64,000 nucleotides of DNA from a virus: positions 1 to 64,000 of IMG/VR virus record IMGVR_UViG_3300037504_000213, one strand, 5' to 3'. Numbering within the stretch: the first letter of the stretch is position 1; every line of letters begins with the position of its first letter. A model generated the notes under the pieces. It worked only from the letters and a program-made list of their open reading frames with translations. It did no database searches and was not told where the DNA came from. This document shows positions 40,495-51,221 of this stretch, one piece after another. The position numbers and the translations under genes were made by a program.

Positions 40495-40567
40495 TGCTCG
40501 CGGCTGGACTCGAACCAGCAACCTGTCGGTTATGAGCCGAATGCTCTAACCATTGAGCTACGCGAGC
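40495..40567 (-). tRNA. tRNA with CAT anticodon (Ile2 or Met)
   Basis: Canonical cloverleaf, CGGCTCATAACCG, GTTCGAGT. Confidence 0.85.
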
Positions 40568-41297
40568 TTGTATATATTCTACCACTTGTTGTGTGGTGCC
40601 ACAAGGGCAAGAACACAAGCGAGACCAAGGCGGCCAAGCAGCGCCAATGCCCTCAAGTTGGCTAAGTAGACAGATCCCCGCATAACCTCATCTCCGTTAT
40701 CTTCGCTAATAGCTTCAATCTCTAAGACTTTTTGTCCACCAAGATCACTTGGAGCATAAGCTGCCCACCAACATCCGTGGTCATATTGCTTGCGCTCAAT
40801 AGTATAACCAAGACCCTTAAGGGTCTCAACGATAAGTTTTGCGTCAGGGGGTTTTTCTTCCACCGTTTCACTCCTCCTCGACTTCCAGCTTTGCCATCTT
40901 GATCGTCGGGGCACGAGCATCGTCCCATACCCACATGGTATTGTGGTGCAATGCACGTGTAAAAAGTTCATCGGCGGGTCCTGCATAGTAGGTAATATAA
41001 ATGTGAAATCCTATTCGGTGAAAGCTTCCCAAAACGGATATTCTAATACCGTTGGCTAAATGGTGTTCACCTCGGCAGTACCACAAATCATACTCACCAC
41101 GATCCTTTGTCCATTCAAGATCGACCGCATCCTCACCAAGTGGAAGCGCGCCAAGCGCAAGGTGCGCCAACTTGTCGAAGTGAGGAATAGGGTCGCCAGC
41201 GGTTTTCGCATTTTTAAGCTCATTCTTCATGGCACCGTAAACGTTCATTGTTTTAGTCCTCCTCGTCTTCCGCACGCCACAATTTAAAAAGACAAAG

Positions 41298-41370
41298 CAC
41301 CTGCTACAGGATTCGAACCTGTGACCAAGAGTTTAGAAGACTCCTGCTCTGTCCTCTGAGCTAAGCAGGC
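41298..41370 (-). tRNA. tRNA-Arg(TCT)
   Basis: Canonical cloverleaf, loop CTTCTAA, GTTCGAAT. Confidence 0.9.
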
Positions 41371-41421
41371 TTGTTGCCAACGGCAAGATCGCTTTATAGA
41401 CACGCAAGCTACGTTGGCAAA

Positions 41422-41493
41422 TCGGGCAGGGTAGAATCGAACTACCTTCAATTTCTTCATGAGAGAAATGCACCTCCATTGTGCTTCTGCCCG
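41422..41493 (-). tRNA. Atypical tRNA with CAT anticodon (Met-like)
   Basis: CGGGCAG/CTGCCCG acceptor, TTTCT-CTCATGA-AGAAA anticodon arm, GTTCGATT. Confidence 0.65.
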
Positions 41494-41496
41494 TAA

Positions 41497-41569
41497 TCTG
41501 GGTGATTGGACTTGAACCAACGACCTCCTCGACCCAAACGAGGCGCGCTACCATCTGCGCTACACCCAG
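41497..41569 (-). tRNA. tRNA-Pro(TGG)
   Basis: Canonical cloverleaf, CCTCG-TTTGGGT-CGAGG. Confidence 0.9.
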
Positions 41570-41578
41570 TTAACACAA

Positions 41579-42214
41579 TTATACCCAATCATTTGGACTT
41601 TCAACACTAAAGTCTTGTTTATAATAAATGTAGCTTCTATGTTTTACTGGCCCAAGCTCAACCAATCCACGTACAGCATCGTTAACATCATGTTCAAAAA
41701 TAACATTGACACCCCACAACTTATCTGGAGTATAGCACCAACCGCTTGTTGTCCGTTTCATTACACCATTAACTTTCAGTTCATCTACAAAACTATCAAC
41801 ACGCTCGTAATCGCAGGCGTCAAACTTTTTTGAATGTAACGTCATGCTGTGATGGCCAATGCGAACAATGGTAATTGTAGCTTTAATTTCTGGTTTGACG
41901 GCTTCAGTTTTGCCAAGAAGATATGCCTCTAAGGCTACTTTATCGTACAAGTGTTCTGGTCTTATGGTCACATGGCAATGCGGTGTAATACCAGAACGGA
42001 CAACGTCATAAGAAATACTATAATTAAACTTGCACAGCCTTCTTTTTAATTTGTATATATTAACATCTCTAAACGTAAGTCTAATCGGTACAACCTTAAC
42101 AGAACCAACCCCATCTATGTTAAAATGCTCAGCGCTGTTGTAAATACGAATGGCAATATATGCCCAAATCAACAAGATCAATAAGATAATTGCCAAGCCC
42201 ACTGTTATCTCCAT
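41579..42214 (-). CDS. Hypothetical protein with N-terminal TM anchor
   Basis: Hydrophobic N-terminus. Confidence 0.5.
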   Translation of the reverse strand: MEITVGLAIILLILLIWAYIAIRIYNSAEHFNIDGVGSVKVVPIRLTFRDVNIYKLKRRLCKFNYSISYDVVRSGITPHCHVTIRPEHLYDKVALEAYLLGKTEAVKPEIKATITIVRIGHHSMTLHSKKFDACDYERVDSFVDELKVNGVMKRTTSGWCYTPDKLWGVNVIFEHDVNDAVRGLVELGPVKHRSYIYYKQDFSVESPNDWV

Positions 42215-42273
42215 TCCATTTGTCTATTGAGCCAAAATTGCCATCTATTCAAAGAACCTCTATCTACGCAATA

Positions 42274-42672
42274 TTATACCCAATCGTCTGGAGAAGGCAA
42301 GTTAGAACTTCGTTTGATTTTTGTCTTGCCACATTCTCCACATGACGCAGAACTTGGGGGAACAATGCAACCATGCGCACTTCCAGAAACAATGATTGAG
42401 TTACCGCCTGGGAGATCACCCTGAGAGATGTCGTATTGGTGCTGGCGTTCAAGCCAAAACTCACTCGGAATGCCAAGCCCGACACTTAGTTTGTCGGCAA
42501 TCATGTTGTCTATAGACGTTCGTCCATCTAACACCATATCTGCTGCAAACGGAGAAACATTAAGCATTCCAGCAAGATCGAGCCTGTTCATGTTGGCGTC
42601 AGAAAGCACCTCACGCAACGTTTCAAACGGAGGTGTCACATAATCTGGATCATATTCCAAATAGTTCGTCAT
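42274..42672 (-). CDS. HigA-like (addiction-antidote) HTH protein
   Basis: YDPDYVTPPFETLRE, LA..L, G...I....A.KL...LG....FWL..Q..YD. Confidence 0.75.
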   Translation of the reverse strand: MTNYLEYDPDYVTPPFETLREVLSDANMNRLDLAGMLNVSPFAADMVLDGRTSIDNMIADKLSVGLGIPSEFWLERQHQYDISQGDLPGGNSIIVSGSAHGCIVPPSSASCGECGKTKIKRSSNLPSPDDWV

Positions 42673-43345
42673 GTTTTCTTTTCTCCTCTGGGGACATCAT
42701 GGTTTCAAGCGTTGCAATATCATGCAAGTCAGCAAGCACGTTTTTCCAATACTCAACATTCTGTCCGCGAACACGGGAAATGACTGGCTCCCTTTTCTGT
42801 CCCTGGTATTTGCCGTTTCTATCAGCATACGATACAGCTGGCTCGTCTATCCATCTGAAGACTAACTGTGCCACACCTTCTCCAACACGCAGCTTGATGG
42901 GCCTAGGAGCAGCGTTAAACAATTCAAGTGTGAGGTATCCCTCCCATTCACTCTCTGCTGGCGTTAATAATGGCAATATACCAACACGGGCAAGTGTAGA
43001 TTTTCCCAAACACTCTACCATAATGTTTCTTGGTATTCTTAAATATTCTATAGAGTGTCCAAGTACAAATTGCCCTGGCTGAAGAATAATGTGATTTTTT
43101 CTATGAACAACCTGAAAGTCGTCTTCAGCAACATGTGCCAAGTCCAAAACTTCGTCAGACGGGATCATAAACTTGAACGTTTCACCAAGCCTAATATCAT
43201 AACCGCTTGATGACAGACCATATGATATTCCATCGCTGACTTGGTGAGAGACGAATGGAGAAATCATTGGTTGCTGTTTGTCACACAGCTGTGCTATTTG
43301 CTTGTCGTTTAGTGTCCCTCTCCCCCCTCCTATCTCTCTCTTCAC
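42650..43345 (-). CDS. dcd: dCTP deaminase
   Basis: ISYGLSSSGYDIRL, GKSTLARVG, WEGYLTLE, SYADRNGKYQGQ. Confidence 0.92.
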   Translation of the reverse strand: MKREIGGGRGTLNDKQIAQLCDKQQPMISPFVSHQVSDGISYGLSSSGYDIRLGETFKFMIPSDEVLDLAHVAEDDFQVVHRKNHIILQPGQFVLGHSIEYLRIPRNIMVECLGKSTLARVGILPLLTPAESEWEGYLTLELFNAAPRPIKLRVGEGVAQLVFRWIDEPAVSYADRNGKYQGQKREPVISRVRGQNVEYWKNVLADLHDIATLETMMSPEEKRKHDELFGI

Positions 43346-43476
43346 TACACTTATCTACTATACCACAACATCTCCACCTCATCAACACATCCCCTTGATT
43401 CTAACACTATTCTTATACTACAAGACATCGAATATAAGAGATATGTTAGAAATAAGCATTCTTATGAATTTCTTAC

Positions 43477-43505
43477 TTGACAAGGGTAATTTTCTGGAGT
43501 ATAAA
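43477..43505 (+). promoter_or_regulatory. sigma70-like promoter
   Basis: TTGACA-17-TATAAA. Confidence 0.6.
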
Positions 43506-43675
43506 AGAGATATGGGTTGATCTACCTGGTGGGGGGCGTTGATCTATAAGATATGATTACTATATATTATATGATCTAGATATATATATGTATATTTTCA
43601 TGAATATATACTTCGTATATATTCATACAATCTCAACATCAACATCAAGTGAGACCTTTAGGACAACATTAACGC

Positions 43676-43704
43676 TTGACTATTCGTTCTCTTTATGATA
43701 CAAT
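43676..43704 (+). promoter_or_regulatory. sigma70-like promoter preceding a long hairpin
   Basis: TTGACT-17-TACAAT with TGn extended -10. Confidence 0.65.
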
Positions 43705-45323
43705 TCAGATACCCCCCAAAAAGGCAGAGGACAGTTGCAATTCCTGCGCTGTCCTTTGTCTATTTGGGGTATCCTCTGAAACACGTTTCCCATCTCTTTG
43801 TTTCAACATCATGTCATATACACATTACCAACGTCTAAACGGCATTGTGCTGCATGTAGAACAATGCTGTGTGATGCTATGTCCTCATTCAAATATTACA
43901 TTTCACGAACATATACCCTCTAATCAACGATACACAATTCTATGACGTATATGACCTGTACTCAATGCATATCGCCACAGAGCTTATCCTGGTGCACAAG
44001 AGCAGTGTTTTTGATGATTTAGACACTGACTGCTGAGGATAAACGTTGATGTCGTTGATTGTAATAGCAAATCTAAGTGCTCGCAACATTCGATTGACAG
44101 TGTATATAGTATATAGATCTATATATAATATTCTTTACTCTATAATATATATATAGACATATAATATACACTAGCGATCTCGATCTCTTCGTATGATAAT
44201 TGTAATCATACAATGTGTTATTTGTGTTGCTTCACAGAATATCTGTATCATTCAAGGAAAATTGATGTCATGATGTGTAGTTAGAAGTATTCGTGTTTAT
44301 TTTCGATAAAACGACCGTATTCCGCGCTATTAGTCGATTTATTTATGAAAAATGGCTTTTCTGTGAACTTTATGTTGCTTTTTATTGCAAAATGATGATG
44401 TGCTAAGCATATTGCACTTAGCACATGGCATACATGATAGCTTTTGGTAGTATTTGGTAGCTTTTGACAGACTTGTGTAAGTGTTAATTGATGTGTGTTG
44501 TAGGCTTGTTGATAGCATGTGTTATGTATTTTAGTAAGAGCTGCGATTCTGTTGGTATATGTGCTGTTTGTGTTGTGGTAATAGTGTGTAATGAGATGTG
44601 ATTAGTGTGGAAAGTGTTAAGTTAAGAACGTAGATCTAGGGAATCTTTAAGAAGTGTAAGATTGTGCATATCCTGTGCATATCCTGTTCATAACTTATAC
44701 ACCGTTCCCAATTCGTATCAACTCACCTAACATCGCTCACGCTTAAACTTAACATACACATGCAATCCACCACAGCTGTCGCTACTGTACGTTTCGCCAT
44801 CAACCGTCCATCCTATGAACACAAAGCCGTAGCCCTGTCTTTCAATGGCATCTGCCATAAGTGGTTGAACAATACCGACATAATCCACTTCTCTGCCACG
44901 AAATCTTTCTCCAGGCTCTGGAATATCTCTATGAATCATGCTTACCCCTATCTTTAGATCCAGTATGTAGAATACACTTTGTCTTCAACATTGCCATCAA
45001 GACCAACAAAGACATCATCGTGCCCATAACCCCCATTGTGGCTGTTATACACATGTTAGAATGGCTCTACTTTGTCTGGGTGCGTCCAGATTATAACTCG
45101 TGATGGGTGCTCTGAGAACCATATCTTTACCATCCGAGGGTCACCTAGGTAATGCGCAGGTGGTTCAACCCAGTTTTCATCCAGAAAAGTTGGTTCGTAT
45201 GCAGTATGTTCCCATTCATCAGTCGTGTTTTTCACTGTTTCGTCGTCTACTCTCTTTGAAACACCAACTATCACATCTACATCGCCAAGATCTTCCATAT
45301 AGTCTTGCAGGTCAGCAATCAGT

Positions 45324-45929
45324 TCACTTAATTTCATTTTTATCTCCCTTGCTTTTATTCCACCACCATTCCATTGTAACTGGGAAGTGGCTCTTTGTCA
45401 ATGATTGCATTGCCCAGGCATAGCTGGCTGTTTCTGGCTGAGCGTGGTCACTGCATCGAAGGTCGAAGAAGTTGAGCAAGCTGCGGAGGTTCATTTTCAT
45501 CTGGAACACGGTGTATGTTCCCATAGGCAGCACCGAACGAGCATAGCCAGGGCGTTCCCCGCGATCAAGCATGGTGTAGTACACCTCTGTAGCTTGGTCG
45601 TATACAGCATAAAGCTCAGGCTCGCCCTGGTCAAAGAATTTCAAATCGGATGGCACTACATATCTCAGTGACCTTTCAAGGTATGACGCAATGCGATGCC
45701 TCATAATTTGTCTCTGCACGAAGATAGGGCATTCCAATCGAAAGTGCATGGATGCGAACTCGAATGGGCTGGTGTGCCCAAGGTCAAGTAGCTTCCTGAC
45801 GAGTTGCTCGTTGCTTTCACCGTCACCCTCTGACTGCCAGCTTTCTCTGGCCACGTTGGCAATTAGCTGGTCACTTCCGTAGTGGCCGATGTATTCCACA
45901 AAGCCATCGTAGACTTCTATTTTGCTCAT
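45324..45929 (-). CDS. thyX: Flavin-dependent thymidylate synthase
   Basis: GHTSPFE, RHRIASYLERSLRY (RHRx7SxR), ARSVLP, LRCSDHAQPE. Confidence 0.93.
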   Translation of the reverse strand: MSKIEVYDGFVEYIGHYGSDQLIANVARESWQSEGDGESNEQLVRKLLDLGHTSPFEFASMHFRLECPIFVQRQIMRHRIASYLERSLRYVVPSDLKFFDQGEPELYAVYDQATEVYYTMLDRGERPGYARSVLPMGTYTVFQMKMNLRSLLNFFDLRCSDHAQPETASYAWAMQSLTKSHFPVTMEWWWNKSKGDKNEIK

Positions 45930-46428
45930 TTGGCCTCCCTGCTGCTTCGCAAGAACTCTACAAGTTCATTGCCTGGGTCTACTCTATCTAGTTCTTTCTC
46001 AAGGTAATCAATTATGATCGTTGCCATTTCGCAAGTTCGTGGGTAATGGCACACTGTGCAAAAAATGCCCTGTGCACCATCAAACCAGCAATTGTCACAT
46101 CTTCCACCATCACGCACAAAAGATGCCCTGTTGATTAGCTTTTCCACTGACGTTTTCATATTACACATCTTCGTTTTCAGCAGCCAGTTCAACAAGTTTC
46201 TCAGCTGCGTTCATTACCCGCTCGCGGAAATTACCACTTGACCCGCGCCAACACAAGTTGATGTCTTTTGGCTTGACATGATCTGCAAAAAGCTGGATTA
46301 GCATTGTCCTTGCGGTTCCCCTCGACGCGAAAGCAGCCGCCTCAAGGTGTGCTGCGCGGTCATTCGATAGTTGATCGTGTGCAAGCTCTTCATAGTAGAT
46401 CGATGCAGCGTTGATTAAATTCTGTTTG

Positions 46429-47961
46429 TCAATGTACATAGTTTCTCTCGCCTACAAAGTTAGAAATCAAACCTGGGACATTGGCATCAAACCCAACAAT
46501 GTCTATCATACCAGGATCGTTGGGATCGGCGATGCTGAACTCTGTCGCTGTGGTGGCAGCAACCAACAGCTTGGCATTGTGAACGCCTGATTGTTCGCGG
46601 TACATCCTGAGGGCATCAGCAGGCACGTACTTGTTGACATTGGTCTCGTTATCTGTGTAAATCACAAATGCGTCGTACAGCAAACCCTTTTCCATTGCCC
46701 AAACCATTGGCATGTCGCATGCCGTTGCGCCGAAATTGAGAGATCGTATCTCTGCGATTATCTCTCCAAGGCTCATTCTGTCATGCAGCTTTAAAGGAAC
46801 AATGTCTTTCGAGAAAGCTATAATATCCCAGTCATCCTCAATGCGCATTGTAATCATAGCCATTGCAGCACTGATTTCCCTGGGTGTAAGGCCACCCCAT
46901 GCGTTATCGAATGTCATGGAGCTTGACACGTCAAGTGCAATGCAAATGCGTTTTCCAGTTGGCTCCACGTTGTCAAACGCAAGGTAAAACATTTCATCAA
47001 GCGCAGATATAATGTGTCCTATTGGATCCCACGAGTTGCTGCCCCTAATGCCCTCTCCGTTGCTGTATGTAACCAACGCCGACAAAACTGTAATGGGGTG
47101 AATGCGTGACCTTATAACAGATGTTCTGTCTGTAAGCATTTTGGCAACACTTCGAACGTTGTCACGAGAATCGAAGTAACCTGATCGGGTGATAGTGCCA
47201 AGGTTTCGAACAATTTCCCAAAGACCCATGTTGGGCATAAGGGCTTCCCAGGCTTCTGAGAATTTCCACAGTTCTCCTGGTACAATTGAGCGAGGGAGGC
47301 CGTATTCTTCAATAATTGCTATGGCCCTGCGTGCATCGTTGGTATCTTTCAGTAGTTCGTACCCCACAGTAAGTTTTGTGTTTGGGTTTTCCTTGCCAAC
47401 GGTCCATCCAAACAGCCTGTCGTGCCATACGCTAGCTGGCTTGACGTGTGCCAGCCTGAGGACATCTCGGTGAGACATGCCACCGCGCTGTCCATACTTT
47501 ACGATTTGGTAGTCAACAGCATCCTTTGTGTTATACCACGCCGCAAAGGCTCGCCGTATCATTCTCCCCCATCCGCGCATATCGTTTATGAAGTTGGCTA
47601 TAGTCAAGAGGTGAGAACCTGTTCTGACTGTTTTGAGGAATGTGCTAACGAAGTCTTCGTGCGCACCAGTGGTTGACACTAGCGCAAGCGCAAATAACGC
47701 TGGATCGTTTGATGGTGCACGCCCGCTATCGCTAATGTCGCCGATTAGCTTAAGCGTTCGTTTGGGATTTTCTCGTGCACACTCAAGTACAACATCTGCA
47801 TTGTCTTCTGTGAGTTTGCTTGAGTTTGCATAATACGTCGAGGCACTTCCTATAATAAGAAAGCGTTCCAAACGTGTCCATTTGTCAACGACATATGACA
47901 TGCCGCCACCATTATTGTGTCTTAAGCCATCCTTATGTCTTTTGCTGTAGTTTCTATACAT
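46429..47961 (-). CDS. rsr: Ro60/Rsr TROVE-domain RNA-binding protein with vWA domain
   Basis: RLERFLIIGS..TYY, SGRAP.NDP.LFAL, GWGR, KYGQRGGMSHRDVLRLAH, RIHP, DVSSSM, TDNET; AGGAG SD before ATG at 47961. Confidence 0.93.
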   Translation of the reverse strand: MYRNYSKRHKDGLRHNNGGGMSYVVDKWTRLERFLIIGSASTYYANSSKLTEDNADVVLECARENPKRTLKLIGDISDSGRAPSNDPALFALALVSTTGAHEDFVSTFLKTVRTGSHLLTIANFINDMRGWGRMIRRAFAAWYNTKDAVDYQIVKYGQRGGMSHRDVLRLAHVKPASVWHDRLFGWTVGKENPNTKLTVGYELLKDTNDARRAIAIIEEYGLPRSIVPGELWKFSEAWEALMPNMGLWEIVRNLGTITRSGYFDSRDNVRSVAKMLTDRTSVIRSRIHPITVLSALVTYSNGEGIRGSNSWDPIGHIISALDEMFYLAFDNVEPTGKRICIALDVSSSMTFDNAWGGLTPREISAAMAMITMRIEDDWDIIAFSKDIVPLKLHDRMSLGEIIAEIRSLNFGATACDMPMVWAMEKGLLYDAFVIYTDNETNVNKYVPADALRMYREQSGVHNAKLLVAATTATEFSIADPNDPGMIDIVGFDANVPGLISNFVGERNYVH

Positions 47962-48018
47962 AGTTTCTCCTAACAAGCACGGGATGCCATTTGATTCTGG
48001 CATCCCGCTATGTGCTTT

Positions 48019-48072
48019 CGGTCAAATCAGTGTGGGTCGAAATTTTCCGAGATAACGAACCACTTCGTACCG
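48019..48072 (-). ncRNA. Y-RNA-like element upstream of rsr
   Basis: 5' CGGU-A-CGAAGUG pairs with 3' UUUGACCG as in the bulged Ro-binding helix; starts about 7 nt after a promoter. Confidence 0.6.
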
Positions 48073-48079
48073 TATTTAT

Positions 48080-48107
48080 AGTATAGCATGTTTTGTCGTA
48101 TTGTCAA
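48080..48107 (-). promoter_or_regulatory. Promoter for the Y-like RNA/rsr unit
   Basis: TTGACA-16-TATACT with TGn extension. Confidence 0.7.
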
Positions 48108-48217
48108 GTATCAATTTGGTATTAATCACCAATATCGCGAAATACGTAAGCGATATAGATTGCAAGGGCCAAAATTGACAGTATTATCACAAATGCGACA
48201 ATTACCGTCACGTCAGA

Positions 48218-48577
48218 TTACTCCAGTCCCATAGCGCCTGTCATGTCAGCGCCCTTGAGGTTTGTTCCTTGCAGGTTAGCGTTCTGTAAATCTGCGCCAC
48301 GAAGGTTCGCACCTGTCATATCGGCATCATGAAGGTCTGCGCCACGCAAATCTGCGCCACTCAGGTTTATGCCACGAAGATCTGAGCCTGCCAGATTGAT
48401 GCGGCGAAGGTCCATGTTACTAAAATCAAAACCACTAAGGTTCATCATGCTCATGTCGTGATCGCGCAGGTTTTCGTGTGTGTTGCGAATTTCTTGATCT
48501 ATCTCAGACATCTGTTGCCCTTTCATGTTACATATCCTATTTATTTCTGCTGATTCTCCAACAACAATTTCCCCCAT
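48218..48577 (-). CDS. Pentapeptide repeat protein
   Basis: A(D/N)L(R/S/Q)G repeats. Confidence 0.85.
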   Translation of the reverse strand: MGEIVVGESAEINRICNMKGQQMSEIDQEIRNTHENLRDHDMSMMNLSGFDFSNMDLRRINLAGSDLRGINLSGADLRGADLHDADMTGANLRGADLQNANLQGTNLKGADMTGAMGLE

Positions 48578-49173
48578 TGTTCTGCCATTGCGTTAGCAAT
48601 CCCACGGTAGGTTTTTGACCTCAGCTTTGAGCGATTCTTTGACGGTGGCATATAGTGAATTCTGTTTTGAACAGACTTTGGTAGTGTTAACATTTCATCA
48701 TATACATTGTTTGTTGGTTTTAAGGGTGGCAACCCCTTTAACCACAGACATGTCGATTTCTTTTCTGGGTGACCAAATTGCCACGGATGAATGATTTGAT
48801 CTGGTTTTCTCCATTGTGTTGACATAATGCCAATGGGGTTTTCGATTGCCACATATGGGTTATCAAGGTTTGCAAAAAGCATGAAAAAGTCAATGGCCTT
48901 TTGCTGTCTTCCGTCCTCTCGTTTTTGTTTAAACCACCTGGCCCCACTTGATGCAAGGTGTGTACACGGCGGGAATGCTATGATCATGTACCACGACTCA
49001 AGGTCAAGGACAGATTTTACATCCTGTTGGATGTGAAAGTCTGGTCTTGGGCCAGACGTTGGTTGCAAGTCACACGAGAACGCGATTATTCCCAACCTGC
49101 GCATTGCCATCGTTACTTCTTGGCTCTCTTCACATGCAACAAGTACTTTCATGTCAACTCCCAGTTTAGCCAC
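48541..49173 (-). CDS. Phage DNA cytosine methyltransferase-like protein
   Basis: KVLVACEES, FPPCT, IENP, QFGH..K.TCLWL, RSKTY.GIA.AMAEQWG. Confidence 0.8.
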   Translation of the reverse strand: MAKLGVDMKVLVACEESQEVTMAMRRLGIIAFSCDLQPTSGPRPDFHIQQDVKSVLDLESWYMIIAFPPCTHLASSGARWFKQKREDGRQQKAIDFFMLFANLDNPYVAIENPIGIMSTQWRKPDQIIHPWQFGHPEKKSTCLWLKGLPPLKPTNNVYDEMLTLPKSVQNRIHYMPPSKNRSKLRSKTYRGIANAMAEQWGKLLLENQQK

Positions 49174-49448
49174 AGTCGCATAACGGCTAGGCTGTAGCTG
49201 TCATTTGTAAACTGAACTTTTTTGATATTCCTGAAGTCAAAGCGTTCGACCGTTGGCCTTCGCCTCGTTTCCATAAGCCATCCCTCTGATTTGGAATACA
49301 TTTTCGCAGATGGAATTTCCGCGAAGGCGCTCATCACCTCTGCGCTTGTTGATACTTTCATGTACGGGCAAATCTTTTTCATAGCTTTGGACAGTCTTTT
49401 GTGTCGCTCTGCGTTTAATCGTGTTTTGTTCATGCTAGCTCCTTCGTG

Positions 49449-49916
49449 TTACTTTCCAGTCCATTCGTGGATCCAACAGATATTAGGCAGAGGCCGTAGT
49501 GCCTTTTCCATTACTGGCTTTACAACCTCCCACTCAAGTCCACCGAGTCCACATCCTAACATTGGGAACGCATATTCATGCTGGTGCGCTGTATTTATTG
49601 CCTCGATGAGCTTTACGCAGTACGCAAGGGTTTCTTCTACAAACAACTTTGTGGATTTTTCCCAGTGATTAACCTTGGTTGGCAAGCTGATGAACGGCTT
49701 TGTGATGCCACCATCTGTTGCCACGAGCATCAACACTCGTGCTCTGTCATAGTCTCCAGCACGGCAGTGCAATCTGTGCTGCTTTAGAAGCTCTGGGTAA
49801 CGATCTGCAAACTTTTTGGCAAGTCCAGCGCCCATGACGCCAGACTTGTTTGTCGGAATGACCTGGATAACGTTGATTGGGTGATTAAAAATGCTGTCAT
49901 TGGTGTATTTAATCAT
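49449..49916 (-). CDS. Macrodomain (DarG/TARG-like ADP-ribosylhydrolase)
   Basis: N..GVMGAGLAK.F..RYP, LPTK..W, FP.LGCGLGGLEW..VK. Confidence 0.85.
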   Translation of the reverse strand: MIKYTNDSIFNHPINVIQVIPTNKSGVMGAGLAKKFADRYPELLKQHRLHCRAGDYDRARVLMLVATDGGITKPFISLPTKVNHWEKSTKLFVEETLAYCVKLIEAINTAHQHEYAFPMLGCGLGGLEWEVVKPVMEKALRPLPNICWIHEWTGK

Positions 49917-51221
49917 AGGATTTCTCCAGTGTTCAGTACTCGCGTTGTCCCCATTTGTGACAATGCGTATAATGTTAAGTCAACGTCTTGTGTTATTCCA
50001 TACAGTACGGGCATATGCCCGTACTTGTCCCTAAAGGTTCCGCACGCCTCACATGGGCCAAATCTTTCCGACATTGAGGATATAAGATAACAGTTTTGTT
50101 GAACATATTTCAGGTCCTCACTGCTAACAATCACAAGTGGGTGGTAATTGGTGTCTGCCCAATAGGGGCTTTCGCTTCCACAGAACAAGCGCCCATTTGC
50201 AATGCTAAATGATTGCTCTCTGTCTATAAAATAAACAGCAGAGTCAACCCCCTGTATCATGATGGGTTTGTGCTTTTTTCCAAGCAACATCAATGATAAA
50301 GCGTCATAGTTGAGAACATGGCGCGAAAACACATCTATTTTTAGGTCTGCGACACCAGAATGGTACAGATTTTTATATTCTATGTCTATGTAATCAACGT
50401 ATTGTTCGATTTCGCGACGTACCTGATCTATGTTGCCTCGCATTTGTATGGTGCGTTTGTGCTGATCCACCATTTCGCAAACGATGCCCATTAGCAGGGT
50501 GTCATTTCTTTTTGAGTACCTTACCCTCCTTCCTGTCGTGTTGCATTTTAATAATCTTTTAATCCTATCTTTGATTGACATGTTTCTATAGCTCCCAGTT
50601 AATATTGTATCGTTTCACGACTTCCCATGCTACGTCGATCATGGCATTTGCTATGTCGGATCCCTTGATGGTGCACAATGTTCTTTCTGCCCCTATTGCT
50701 GGAAAGCCAACTACAACCCCAGGGTCTCTGTGGTGTCCATGGTTGACAAAGCAAAAGGATATACGTGCTTCGTACCCAATGATGTTCTGCACGTCCGACA
50801 TGAAGATCATGGCGTTTTGGATGTTGTCTTTTATTGAGTAGCCATCGTAAAAATAGAGGCCACTCAATGGGGTCAGAAGTATGTCATCCTTCATGATTGC
50901 GACCACAGAAGGGCTGTAGCTGTGTAGAACTTCGTACACCTGCCCTTCGTTATCGCTATCTATTTTTCTGAATTCAAAGCCATACCACTCTAAGATTTCT
51001 TTGTTAGTAGGCATCGTTATATTCCAGTTCTGGAGCGCCAAACTTTTCATCTGGAACAGTAATTTCAGCAAGGTCAAGGGACAAGGTCTTATACGCATCA
51101 AGCGCTAACCCCTTGTAGTATTTGTACTGGGCCTGATCGAGTGCCGATCCTCCGTTGATCACCTTGGCGTAGTAAGCCAACATTTGGCCAACAGCACGCT
51201 CAAATTGATTGGCATCCAAAT

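Noticed and set aside
40433-41554. ORFs 40433-40618, 41284-41520 and 41333-41554
   Set aside because: They overlap tRNA genes; the translations are tRNA artefacts
47962-48003. N-terminal extension of Ro60
   Set aside because: Lies in the leader hairpin; the SD supports ATG at 47961
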